From an uncultured bacterium (GTDB lineage: Bacteria > Oederibacteriota > PGYV01 > CAWJRG01), in the NCBI GenBank assembly GCA_963845185.1, contig CAWJRG010000010.1, positions 736,001 through 800,000 on the forward strand: a stretch of 64,000 nucleotides of DNA, given 5' to 3'. Shown piece after piece: positions 51,062 to 64,000 of the stretch. The translations under genes and the position numbers were made by a program. The notes under the pieces were generated by a model. It did not search any database. It saw only the letters and a program-made list of their open reading frames with translations, and was not told the origin of the DNA. Position 1 is the stretch's first letter. Each line of letters starts with the position of its first letter.

Positions 51062-53512
51062 TGGCAGACACGCCCGTAAGAAATATTCTACAGGTCCCTA
51101 TAGAAGAAGAAATGAGGGTTTCGTACCTTGATTATTCAATGAGTGTAATAGTAGGACGGGCTTTGCCTGTAATAACCGACGGCTTTAAACCTGTCCATCG
51201 CCGGATAATATACACGATGTATGATATGGGGCTTTATCATTCAAAGCCTTACAGGAAATCGGCTAAAGTTGTCGGTGAGGTGATGGGAAATTATCATCCG
51301 CATGGTGATGTGGCAATTTATGAAACCATGGTTAGGATGGCCCAGGATTTTTCATTCAGGATGCCGCTTGTAGAAGGACAGGGAAATTTTGGATCGGTTG
51401 ACGGAGACCCGCCGGCCGCTATGCGATATACAGAAGTAAGGATGCAAAGGATAACCGAAGAAATTATAGCCGACCTTGACAAAGATACTGTTGATTTTGT
51501 GCCGAACTATGATGAGACGCGCAAGGAGCCTGTTGTATTGCCTGTAAAATTCCCGCAGCTTTTAGTCAATGGCTCTTCAGGTATCGCGGTCGGCATGGCG
51601 ACAAATATTCCCCCGCATAATTTAGGCGAAGTTATCGACGCAACAATTTATGTAATAAACAATAAAGACGCCGATATTGACGATATTTCAAAAATAATAC
51701 AGGGGCCGGATTTTCCTACGGGTGCTTTTATAATTGGAAAAGACGGGATAAAACAGGCTTACAAAACAGGCAGAGGTTCCATTACAATTCAGGCAAAAGT
51801 AAAAATTGAGGAGTCAAAAAAAGGCAGACAACAGATAATTATCACAGAGTTGCCTTATATGACAAATAAGGCGCAGATGCTTGAGCATATTTCGGATCTT
51901 GTCAGGGAAAAGAAAATCGAGGGCATAACTGATTTAAGGGATGAATCAGACAGGGAGGGAATGAGGGCAGTAATAGAAGTAGGAAGAAACGACAACCCGG
52001 AAATTGTCCTTAACCAGCTTTATAAGCATACTTCACTCAAGACAACTTTTGGAATAATATCCCTTGCATTGATTAACGGCAGGCCGAAAATTTTAAATAT
52101 AAAGGAATTCTTGGACAGCTTCATCCAGTTTAGGAAAGAAGTGATAATAAGAAGAACAAAGTTCAGAGCTTGATAAAGCGGAAAAAAGAGCGCACATACT
52201 TGAAGGATTGAAAATAGCACTTAAATACCTTGACAGGGTAATAAAATTAATCAGGGCTTCAAAAAATGCTGAAGAAGCGAAAAACGGCTTGATGAAAACT
52301 TTTAAGCTTACTGACGTACAGGCGCAGGCAATACTCGATATGAGGCTGCAGCAACTTACCTCGCTTGAAATAGAAAAAATAGAGGAAGAATACAAGGAGC
52401 TGATTAAGTTAATAGAAAAACTCAAAATGCTCCTTGCTAGTGAAAGGAAAATTCTAGATTTGATAGTAGACGAGTTAAATGAGGTCAAAACTAAATATGC
52501 AGATCCGAGAAGGACACAGATAATTGCGAGGGAAAAAGAAATAACAATGGAAGATTTAATACAGGATGAAGATATGGTTATAGCGATAACTCACAACGGG
52601 TACATCAAACGACAGCCGGTTTCGGCATATAAAGCGCAAAAAAGAGGCGGTAGAGGCGTAATAGCCATGACTACAAAAGAAGAGGATTTTGTAGAAGATA
52701 TTTATATTTCCAATACGCATGATTATATCATGTTTTTCACGTCAACAGGCCGCTGCCACTGGATTAAAGTTTACGAAATACCTGAAGCCAGCAGGCAGTC
52801 CCAGGGCAAAGCAATAATAAATCTTTTAAAACTTGAAGAAGACGAGAAAATAACTGCTTATGTCTCAGTAAAGGAATTTAGGGAAGATACAAATCTTATA
52901 ATGGTAACAGAAAAAGGACTGATTAAAAGGACTAATTTATCATTATTTTCAAAACCAAGGGCTGGAGGCATAATTGCCATAAGTCTTAATAAAGATGATA
53001 GTTTAATAGAAGCTAAAATTGCAACTGAAAAAGACGAGGTGTTTTTGGCTACGCATGAGGGAAAAGCTATAAGATTTGCGGTAAAAGATATTAGAGAAAT
53101 AGGAAGGTCAGGTATGGGTGTGAAAGGAATTAAGCTTAACAAAACAGACAAAGTAGTGAGTACGGCAATACTGCCGGCGGGCGCAAAAGATATAACTCTT
53201 CTTACCGTTACTGAAAAGGGATTCGGAAAGAGGACTAAAATTACCGAATATAGGCAGCAGAGCAGAGGCGGTAAAGGTCTTATTAACGTAAAAGTTACGG
53301 ACAAAACAGGTGAAGTCGTAAATATTAAGGCGGCGAATGATAGCGATGAACTTATGCTTATTACTACAAAAGGCACATTGATTAGGACTAAAATAAAGGA
53401 TATTAAAACGATAGGAAGAAATACCCAGGGAGTAAGACTGATTAAACTTAAAGAGAGCGAAAAAGTAAGTGCAGTTGCGAGGGTAATAGACGAGGAAAGC
53501 CAGGAAGAATAA
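51061..53512 (+). CDS. gyrA: DNA gyrase subunit A (single-base frameshift at ~52165)
   Basis: [27 protein letters not shown], GyrA-box QKRGGRG. Removing the extra A in TTC-A-GAG gives continuous [20 protein letters not shown]. Confidence 0.95.
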
Positions 53513-53534
53513 ATTCCTGAAGGAGGATTTTTTA

Positions 53535-56060
53535 ATGAAGCGGTCAACGCTTGCGTTTTGGACATTGTTTATAGCCATTGTTATTTTTTTTGGAGCGCCT
53601 TTTAGCCTGTTATATTATTTTGATTCCGAAAGAGTCAAGCAGCTTACTGAACAGGAAAAAAGAATTGTCTACAGTGAAAACGAAAAAAATATTTCAATAA
53701 TTAAAAATCAAATAACCGAAAATTTGAATAAAATAAATTTAATAGTCAATTCTCTTTCACCTGTGGAAATATCAAAAAAATATTCGTTTATAACAGAAAA
53801 CAGAATAATACAAAATTACAGTTATTCTCAAAAGAAAACTCTGCAGGCAATAACAAAAGAGTTTTCATCAAAAACAGGCGGAATAGAAGACGATGTTGCG
53901 CTTTTATCGGTAAATGGTAGAGTATATGAGGCGAACAAACCGGCTTTGAAAAATGTAGATTTTATTAGCAACCAGAAACGGATTCAAACAGCTTCTTCTA
54001 AAAAGGCTATGGAGGAAATTAGCTTTAGCAGCGGCACTGCCGAATATTTTATACCATTAACAGACACAAAAGACAGATTTGTTTCTATTTTATATTTGAA
54101 AGAAAATATTACATCAAAAGTGGAAGAGGCAAGAAACAGTACCCTTACAAAACATGCATATAATTTTGTGATAGATTCTACAGGCAGAGTTATTTTACAT
54201 ACCGAAAAGCAGAAAGAAAACAATGAAAATATTACTAATATTCCAGATTTGAAAGATATCATAAGCGGCGGTACTTCAGAAGATAATATTAGGGAAGCCA
54301 ATTATAATAATTTGCACGGCTTAATAGGCTATGAAAAAAATAAGTTATTGAATAATCTAATAACGTGTGTTTTTGTTCCGTATTCGGATTACAGTTTTTA
54401 TAAGAGGGGAGGCTCCAAATATCAATCGATTTTATATGATTATACAATACTCGCGGGACTGGGCTGTGCATTGTTTTTAGGAGTTATTTTAATACTAACA
54501 ATAAGCGCTGGGCCGTATAAACCATTAAGGAGAATAGTAAAAGCACTTACACATATAGACGAGGAAGGTTTTACTGAGCTTTTGCCAAAAGCGAAAAAAG
54601 GCAATTATAAAAAATTATCCGACTCGCTTTTAATACTGCGAGGCAGAGTGAAAGCAGCCGAGGAAAAAACAGAAAAACTTGCGCATATGTCAAAAGAGTT
54701 AGAGGAAGAACTTTCAAAGGAAGCTTCACATTCGGACAAGGAAGTTTCAGCGCTTCGTGATACTATAAAAGTTCTTGAAAATACAAAAACAACACAGGAA
54801 GACGAGCTTTTAAAATTAAAACAGGAAAGTGAAAAAGTCAAAAAACTAGAAAAATCACTTTTTGATTCAAAGGAGAATACTTATAAGGATAAAATTAACA
54901 GTTTGGAAAAAGAATTAAACAGCGCAAAAGCGGAAATTAAAAAGGCACAGGAATTAAAAATCCCTGCAGAAAAAGAAAATATGCGCATGGAATCAATACT
55001 TATGATGAATACCGAATTAAAAGGCGTACTTTCAGTTATTAAAACATATATTTCTTCTGTTTTGGGCGGTGAAGGAAAAATAACGGACGCGCAACAGCAG
55101 TTTTTAGGTGTTGTTATTAATAAATCCGCAAGACTGGAAAGATTGATTAATGATTTGACGGAACTTGCACGCCTTGAAAAAGGTGAGGTAAAATTAACAA
55201 ACCAGCCCATGGATATAAATACTATAATACAGGATACTATATTTGCGATACAGCCCCAGGCAGATATTAAAAAAGTAGAATTAAAAGTTAATTTTTCTCC
55301 AACATTGCCCTCAGTTAATGGAGATTCGGCCAGGGTGTCAAATACTATAACCCAGCTTATTACGCAGGCAATTAAAGTATCGCCTAGAGGAGGGCAGGTT
55401 ATAATTCTGACAAAGGAAGAAAAAGGTAATGTATATGTCAGGATAACCGATTTCGGCATGAGCCTGCCTGCAGCCAAAGCAAATGCGCTTTTTATAAATT
55501 TTCACGGTACAGACTCATCGGCTGGACCGGAATTCGTAAATTCAGGCCTGCGGTTTCCAATAATAAAGGCTTTATTGAATAATATGAACGGTGATATATG
55601 GATTGAGTCGGAAATAGGAAAAGGAAAAACTTTTGTTATAGCTTTTATTAAAACAGGTGGGGTTGGCGTCAATCCTTTTATAAAAACAACTGCCGTGGCA
55701 TCAGATACATTCAAGCCTGCCGCAGTGCCAAAAATTGAACCGGCAAAACCTACAATACAGCCGCCTGCCTCGGGAATCAAAATACAAAGAAATGTAATGT
55801 CTGATATAATGGCAAGCAAAATAGAGCCTGAATCTTCTAAAAAAGAGGAAAAGGCCGTAACTCTTGGTGATCTGTTATCTTTTGACGATAAAGACATTGA
55901 TAAAAAGGTGAAATTGCCTGGTAAAGATGTGCAGATTCCACCGGATTTATTAAAGGATACAAAAGTATCTGAGAAAAAATCCAAGGCTGTTTCGCTCCCG
56001 GATGAATTACCGCCGCTTCCAAATATAGAACTAGAAGATGATAAAGGAACAATTACATAA
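53535..56060 (+). CDS. Membrane sensor-kinase-like protein (Cache-like sensor, coiled coil, degenerate HisKA/HATPase)
   Basis: 2 TM segments, FVIDSTGRVILH Cache-like motif, RLERLINDLTELARLEKG, VRITDFG, IWIESEIGKGKTF. The H-box reads MNTELKGVL with no His. Confidence 0.85.
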   Translation: MKRSTLAFWTLFIAIVIFFGAPFSLLYYFDSERVKQLTEQEKRIVYSENEKNISIIKNQITENLNKINLIVNSLSPVEISKKYSFITENRIIQNYSYSQKKTLQAITKEFSSKTGGIEDDVALLSVNGRVYEANKPALKNVDFISNQKRIQTASSKKAMEEISFSSGTAEYFIPLTDTKDRFVSILYLKENITSKVEEARNSTLTKHAYNFVIDSTGRVILHTEKQKENNENITNIPDLKDIISGGTSEDNIREANYNNLHGLIGYEKNKLLNNLITCVFVPYSDYSFYKRGGSKYQSILYDYTILAGLGCALFLGVILILTISAGPYKPLRRIVKALTHIDEEGFTELLPKAKKGNYKKLSDSLLILRGRVKAAEEKTEKLAHMSKELEEELSKEASHSDKEVSALRDTIKVLENTKTTQEDELLKLKQESEKVKKLEKSLFDSKENTYKDKINSLEKELNSAKAEIKKAQELKIPAEKENMRMESILMMNTELKGVLSVIKTYISSVLGGEGKITDAQQQFLGVVINKSARLERLINDLTELARLEKGEVKLTNQPMDINTIIQDTIFAIQPQADIKKVELKVNFSPTLPSVNGDSARVSNTITQLITQAIKVSPRGGQVIILTKEEKGNVYVRITDFGMSLPAAKANALFINFHGTDSSAGPEFVNSGLRFPIIKALLNNMNGDIWIESEIGKGKTFVIAFIKTGGVGVNPFIKTTAVASDTFKPAAVPKIEPAKPTIQPPASGIKIQRNVMSDIMASKIEPESSKKEEKAVTLGDLLSFDDKDIDKKVKLPGKDVQIPPDLLKDTKVSEKKSKAVSLPDELPPLPNIELEDDKGTIT

Positions 56061-57452
56061 TTGCAGGTGATTTTATTGAAACGATACGTTACATTAATCT
56101 TTATTATAACCTGCCTATACTCATTTTCATTTTCAGAAGTAAACGTCAGTGGAACTATTGATAAAATTGAGAATTGGACGACTCAGAATTCTCCATATAT
56201 AATAAATGATGAATTAACAATAAAAGAAAAAGGTTTTATTACTATTTATCCAGGTACTGAGGTTAAGTTTGAAAAAAAGGGAAGAATAATAGTTCAAGGA
56301 CGTCTATATGCAAAAGGGACCATACAAGCGCCAGTAAGGTTTGTATCGTCAGATGGAGAAAGTTTTTACGACGGTATAAGATATGAGAGTAAGTATAAAA
56401 ACGTTATGGAATATGCCATAATGATTCGCGGTGCCATAGTCACCGAGGGAACTTCGTTAACAATGAACAACTGTTATATTTTGAATTCAACAGGAGTTGA
56501 AATTTTGGATTTTTCAAATGTTATTTTAAAAAACAACTATTTTTATGAAAATACATACGGATTATACATAGAAGGCCAAAAAATAAGCTGTACTGCAAAC
56601 GGAAATACTTTCAATAAGTGCCGATATGGTTTATATTTAAAGGACCCATATAAAGGGGAAATAAAGGGTAACAATTTTTTTGATTCCTCATACGTGAACG
56701 TTATAAATTATACATCTTACCCAATTAATTGCAAAAATAACTATTGGGGTTTTAAAACAGAAAAAGACATATCGAAAACTATTGCTGATAAAACTAAGGA
56801 TAAAAATTTTGGATTGATTGTTTTCAAGCCTTTTGAAAAAAAACAACTTGCGTTGTTCATGCCGCCTCCTTCATTCGCTTCGCTTGTCAGGATTTATTTA
56901 AACGTACCTAAAAGAGAGGAGGAAATACGCCATATAGGTCTGAGCGCTGGTATGTCTTTTTTTATGCCTATTACGCCGGAAAGTCTGCAGAAAGAATCTT
57001 ATTATGGCTTAGGTTTTGACGCTGAATTTGTGTCAACAATTGCAGGGCCTTTTATGCTTGGAATTGAAGCCAAGTCACTAGGACTTGACAACCAGAATAA
57101 ATCGCTTTATAACTATCAATACAGCGCAACAAACCTTTTTTTTAATCTTTATGGCTATATGGGATACAAAAAAGATGTTTTTCTTCTTCCTTATGTAAAA
57201 TTTGGTAATGGCTTATCAATTATATCTGAACAATACAAATATTTTTTAACAGGTGAGACCAAAAAAAATAATAATATGTATTATATTGTATATGGAGGCG
57301 TAGGCATGGAATTTTTTGCGGAAAAATTTTTGTCAATAAGTCTTAATGCCGGCTATAACTATTCACCGGCAAATAACGGCGGGCTTTCAAATATAACAAC
57401 AGATTTACTAGCGAAAATATATTTTAGCACGCCATTTTTTTTAAACGAATAA
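56061..57452 (+). CDS. Exported right-handed beta-helix protein with C-terminal outer-membrane beta-barrel
   Basis: Signal peptide (start may be TTG 56076); WTTQNSPYII..LTI..GTEVKF; Asn-ladder repeats, NNYWG; C-terminal PYVKFGNG...GGVGMEFF..SLNAGYNY strands. Confidence 0.7.
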   Translation: MQVILLKRYVTLIFIITCLYSFSFSEVNVSGTIDKIENWTTQNSPYIINDELTIKEKGFITIYPGTEVKFEKKGRIIVQGRLYAKGTIQAPVRFVSSDGESFYDGIRYESKYKNVMEYAIMIRGAIVTEGTSLTMNNCYILNSTGVEILDFSNVILKNNYFYENTYGLYIEGQKISCTANGNTFNKCRYGLYLKDPYKGEIKGNNFFDSSYVNVINYTSYPINCKNNYWGFKTEKDISKTIADKTKDKNFGLIVFKPFEKKQLALFMPPPSFASLVRIYLNVPKREEEIRHIGLSAGMSFFMPITPESLQKESYYGLGFDAEFVSTIAGPFMLGIEAKSLGLDNQNKSLYNYQYSATNLFFNLYGYMGYKKDVFLLPYVKFGNGLSIISEQYKYFLTGETKKNNNMYYIVYGGVGMEFFAEKFLSISLNAGYNYSPANNGGLSNITTDLLAKIYFSTPFFLNE

Positions 57453-57456
57453 GGCA

Positions 57457-57741
57457 ATGCAACATATAAAAGAATTTGTTGAAAAATTCCTAAAAAAGGC
57501 ACATATAGGAGAACAAAGGGAAGAAGATTTTATATTTAATAATTGGTCAAATATAGTAGACAGAGATTTGGCGGAAAACGTTGAACCATATAAATTTTTA
57601 GAAGGAAAACTGTACTTGTACGTGAAAAACAGCGTTATGATGAATGAATTGACATATAAGAAAAAAGATATTAAAATAGTGATTAACAATATTTTCAGGG
57701 AAGAAAAAATTAAAGATATAATTTTAAAAATCAAACAATAG
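57457..57741 (+). CDS. dciA: DciA/DUF721 family helicase-loader-like protein
   Basis: WSNIVD..LAENVEP....GKLYLYVKNSVMMNEL...K..I. Directly upstream of gyrB. Confidence 0.75.
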   Translation: MQHIKEFVEKFLKKAHIGEQREEDFIFNNWSNIVDRDLAENVEPYKFLEGKLYLYVKNSVMMNELTYKKKDIKIVINNIFREEKIKDIILKIKQ

Positions 57742-57812
57742 TTATTAAATTCGGTAGACTTCATCATTAATATAACATCCGAAAGGATTTGAGCCAAAGC
57801 AGGAGGATATAA

Positions 57813-60446
<2,634 letters not shown>

Positions 60447-60457
60447 TTGTTAACACC

Positions 60458-61126
60458 ATGAAATTAACAAAAGATGAGATAATATTTTTTTTAAAGCAAA
60501 CTCCAATTTTTTCAGATGTTTCAACAAAGGGAATTAAACTTATAGCTGCCAATGTGGAAGAAAATATTTTCAGAAAAGGGCAGATTATATTTAATGAAGG
60601 TGAAAAAGGCTCTAATTTTTACATAATAAATAAAGGCATAGTAAAAATTGTAAAGTGGTCAAAGCAAGGAAGAAATAAAACCCTAGCAATCCTTAAAGAA
60701 AAAGATAATTTTGGTGAAATGGCGATCTTAACAAACGAAGGTAGATCTGCAACCGTCGAGGCTTTAACAGAGGTTACTGCTTTAAGCATCAGCGGTATCA
60801 AATTCGAGCAACTTATAAGACAGGAGCCTTCAATTTCTTTACAGATAATAAAAACTTTGTCAGGTAGGCTTGCAAAGGCAGACAGGCACATTAAAAATCT
60901 TGCCCTTGGTAATGCAAGATCTAGAGTGGCTAATATTCTGCTGGATTTTAAAGGCGACTTTGATAAAATAAAATTAACCCATCAAGAAATGGCTGCTCTT
61001 GCAGGTATTACCAGGGAAACGACAACTCGTATATTAAAACAAATGCAAAGCGATAAAATTATTCATACAAACAACAGGCAGATTAAAATTGAAAATCTGG
61101 AGAAACTGGAAGAAATTGCTTTATAA
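60458..61126 (+). CDS. Crp/Fnr-family transcriptional regulator
   Basis: FGEMAIL...RSATV cNMP pocket; LTHQEMAALAGITRETTTR HTH. Confidence 0.93.
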   Translation: MKLTKDEIIFFLKQTPIFSDVSTKGIKLIAANVEENIFRKGQIIFNEGEKGSNFYIINKGIVKIVKWSKQGRNKTLAILKEKDNFGEMAILTNEGRSATVEALTEVTALSISGIKFEQLIRQEPSISLQIIKTLSGRLAKADRHIKNLALGNARSRVANILLDFKGDFDKIKLTHQEMAALAGITRETTTRILKQMQSDKIIHTNNRQIKIENLEKLEEIAL

Positions 61127-61182
61127 AGCTAAAGTTATAAATTAGTTACTACACATTTAAATAAAGTCGGTACAGGTGAAAA

Positions 61183-61851
61183 TTGAAGATAAAAGTTAAA
61201 AAAATAGATTTTAAAGGAGCAATTTTTGATGTTGATGGTGTTATTATTGATACTGCACACATACATCATAAATCATGGGAAAAGGTTCTGAAAAAGCATA
61301 ATATTGATTTTTCATTTCAAGAATTTAAAAATAAAATAGACGGAAAACCGCGTTCGAAAGGTGCGAAAACAATATTACCTAACCTAAGTGATTCCAAAAT
61401 TGAAAAAATTTGCAGTGAAAAACAAATGCATTTTATAAAATTTCTTGAAAATTCAAAAATAATAGTATTTAAAAGTACAGTTAATTTTATAAAGAAACTT
61501 AAAAGAGCCGGTATAAAAATCGCTATGGCTTCGTCAAGTAAAAATGCAAAGCCTATTTTAAAAAAGATAAAACTATATTCTTTGTTTGATGCCGAAGTTG
61601 AAGGGGCAAATCTTAAACACGGAAAACCGCATCCGGAAATATTTCTGAAGGCGTCTAAAAAATTAAAATTGAAACCCGAAGAATGTTTAGTTTTTGAAGA
61701 CGCGCAAATAGGAATAGACGCAGCGATAAGAGCAAAAATGAAGTGTGTTGCCATCAACAGGGATGATTCATATGTCATAAAAGGTGCGGACATACTAATA
61801 AAAGACCTTAAAGATTTAACCTTAAAGAAAATAAATAATTTGTTTAAATAA
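61183..61851 (+). CDS. HAD hydrolase, beta-phosphoglucomutase-like
   Basis: IFDVDGVIIDT, ASSSKNA, GKPHPEIF, VFEDA. Confidence 0.88.
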   Translation: MKIKVKKIDFKGAIFDVDGVIIDTAHIHHKSWEKVLKKHNIDFSFQEFKNKIDGKPRSKGAKTILPNLSDSKIEKICSEKQMHFIKFLENSKIIVFKSTVNFIKKLKRAGIKIAMASSSKNAKPILKKIKLYSLFDAEVEGANLKHGKPHPEIFLKASKKLKLKPEECLVFEDAQIGIDAAIRAKMKCVAINRDDSYVIKGADILIKDLKDLTLKKINNLFK

Positions 61852-62010
61852 CGGTATCATTTTAAAGTTGTATTGTGTTAGTCATTAAATAATTTAACTG
61901 ACTATTTAAATTTTACAAACTTTAGATTTAAAAGTTGTAAGTCGATTTAATATTGTAATTTTTTGTATGTTTTATCGAAAACAGTAACAAAGGAAAGGGA
62001 AATATTTTTT

Positions 62011-63077
62011 ATGCAAAATAAATTAGATATGCCGATAAAAAGAATTTTTTTAATTAGCTTAATAATAGGTATTTTAATCGCTTTCGTATATGAACCTTTA
62101 TATTTTATAATTTCAGATTTTTTTCAAAAGAAAATCAATGTTTCACCATGGCAGGAAATTGCTTCTTCAGCATTATTGGTATTTTTTATCTCGGACTTTC
62201 AGTTTATTTTATAATAACTTTGACGTTAGGAATCTTTTCAAAACATATTTTAAATTATTTAGTAAAAGAATTAAGATATAAAGAACTTTTACCTCCCACC
62301 TTCAGCATAGAAAAGAAAAGAAGTTTCAAAGAAGCATATAAAGATATAATAAATATATTTGATGTTTTTATCCGCAATTTTATTCTTGTAAAACAGGATA
62401 AAGATAAATTTGCAAAAACAGTAGAAACATATCTTGACCCATCTCTTACTCAGCAAATCTATGACAGAAATATAAATGAAATTTACTTGGGTAGCAAGAA
62501 AAAAACAGCAACCATATTTTTTTCAGATCTTCGTGGATTTACGGCTTTAACAGAAAGCTTGGATCCGAACAAAATTATAAAAATATTAAACCAGTATTTT
62601 TCATGCGCTACAAAAATAATAGACAACAATAAAGGAAAGGTAAATAAATTTATAGGTGATGCGGTTTTAGCTGTTTTCGAAGAAGCCCCAAAATATATGA
62701 ATTATATAGAAGCGGATAAAGCTATAATAGCGGCACTTGATATCCAGACAAATTTTAAGATTTTAATGAAAAAGTGGCGCGATGAAATAGATCCATTATT
62801 AAACCTTGGATTAGGAATAGGTATTGCAAGAGGAGAAATTATCGTCGGAAATATAGGTTCCGAAGAAAGAATGGAATATGCAGTAATAGGAGATACTGTA
62901 AATTTTGCAAGCAGACTTTGTGACATTGCTAAAGACGGGCAGGTTATTATAAGCGATTATATTTATAAGTTACTTGAAAACGATCTTGAAGTTGATGTTT
63001 TACCTGCAACCACCGTCAAAGGTAAATCAGGGATGTATGATATTTATTCGGTAAAAACTAGAAAAATGATAGTATGA
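62011..63077 (+). CDS. Membrane class III nucleotide cyclase (frameshift in T-tract ~62182-62187)
   Basis: N-terminal TM ORF (62011-62214) joins 62148-63077 if the T6 tract is T7 (..ALLVFFYLGLSVYF..). FSDLRGFT, NKFIGD, EYAVIGDTVNFASRL. Confidence 0.85.
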
Positions 63078-63108
63078 AAAATAATACATCCCTATGAAAT
63101 GAATAAAT

Positions 63109-64000
63109 ATGGAACAAAATAAGCGATTAAACATAATAAAATATAATATAATTGTGGCGCTCGCTGGCGGAATTAATGGAATGCTTGCCTTCGCTATATT
63201 CAAGCATGCAAATGATCGAACCATGTCTTTGACTTTATACAGAAACGATTATATTTGCTTGTTTTTATGCATTTTAATCTTTATTATTATGCATACTGTT
63301 TTATGGGCAGGGATAAGCATTTTTTTTATAAAATTTTTTAAATTAAGTCCTGAAAAAGAATTTAAAAAAAATACTTATATATTTGCCATACCTTTTTTAC
63401 TGATAATGGCATTACCTATTTTGGTAAAATATTACTCAAAACTAGTTGCTTTAAATTTGAAGGTACTTGGTGCTGTCTATATGCCATGGGGAGGATTCAT
63501 TCATTTTAACCCTGCAGGTTATTTTTTACTGATATTGTTTGGATTTATTATCATTACAATATTATTCATTTTTATTTTAAGATTTGTTGTACAAATGTAT
63601 TATAATGATTTTCATAAGCCAAACACGGCAAAAATACTTTTAGTCAGTACTTTTATATTTTATACCTTAACTACTACATATATCACATTTATATATCCGC
63701 CGACAGCAGATGAACCTCATTATCTTATCATAGCACAAAGTCTTATTAATGATTTTGATGTAAACCTTGAAAATAATTATATTACAGACAAAACATACAG
63801 AGCTTTTTATCCAGGAGAACTTGAATATCAAAATATACACAATACGCATGATAAAAACGGAAAAGGCATTTATTCAATGCATAGTATAGGTCTGCCTATA
63901 TTGATAGCCTTATTCTATAAAATAGGAGGAAGGGTTTTTGTTCAATTGTTGATGAATTTTTTTACAGCAGTATTAATATTGGTTTTTTATTTATTCCTAA
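63109..64000 (+). CDS. Multi-TM GT-C-like membrane protein, partial (runs off right edge)
   Basis: Open frame from ATG 63109 to the window end; YPPTADEPHYLIIAQSLINDFDVNLENNY matches the motif in 18580-20322. Confidence 0.8.
   Translation, partial: MEQNKRLNIIKYNIIVALAGGINGMLAFAIFKHANDRTMSLTLYRNDYICLFLCILIFIIMHTVLWAGISIFFIKFFKLSPEKEFKKNTYIFAIPFLLIMALPILVKYYSKLVALNLKVLGAVYMPWGGFIHFNPAGYFLLILFGFIIITILFIFILRFVVQMYYNDFHKPNTAKILLVSTFIFYTLTTTYITFIYPPTADEPHYLIIAQSLINDFDVNLENNYITDKTYRAFYPGELEYQNIHNTHDKNGKGIYSMHSIGLPILIALFYKIGGRVFVQLLMNFFTAVLILVFYLFL

Noticed and set aside
53511..53535. Hairpin overlapping the pseudokinase RBS
   Set aside because: Only a 4-bp core with a mismatch; too weak to call a terminator or translational switch.
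61913..61940. Imperfect inverted repeat TTACAA...TTGTAA upstream of the second cyclase
   Set aside because: AT-only arms and spacing unlike a CRP site; cannot be assigned a function.

Overview
Replication-origin region of a low-GC, diderm bacterial chromosome. Diderm status is inferred from a GT9 LPS-type heptosyltransferase, an OmpA-domain protein and outer-membrane beta-barrels. Gene content suggests a poorly characterised candidate-phylum lineage, but this is unverified. Left part (1-25.8 kb): 5' part of gltB with a structured leader; many GT-C, GT4 and GT9 glycosyltransferases; queA; and a cluster of secreted or lipoprotein beta-propeller proteins with Thr/Pro linkers, two of which share a ~93-aa T9SS/FlgD-Ig-like C-terminal domain. 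Middle (25.8-41 kb, minus strand): rpsU-yqeY-mpg-nif3-yqxD-dnaG-rpoD operon, nadD, proA, hemW, lepB, an IS630 remnant, recF, rsmG and a parS site. Right part: adenylate cyclase, TPR protein, orphan anti-sigma factor and a PorV-Ig-OmpA fusion, followed by oriC (DnaA boxes on both sides of dnaA). After oriC is a tightly packed run: dnaA-dnaN-[exported DJ-1 with Cys->Ser]-gyrA-[His-less pseudo-histidine kinase]-[beta-helix/OM barrel]-dciA-gyrB-crp-HAD, then a second cyclase. The most notable observations are (i) apparent pseudo-enzymes and envelope proteins embedded in the replication gene run, (ii) a T9SS-like cargo and PorV set outside a recognisable T9SS locus, and (iii) a candidate attenuator upstream of gltB. 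Three single-base frameshifts (gyrA, second cyclase, BNR-propeller gene) may be assembly errors. No rRNA, tRNA or CRISPR array was seen.
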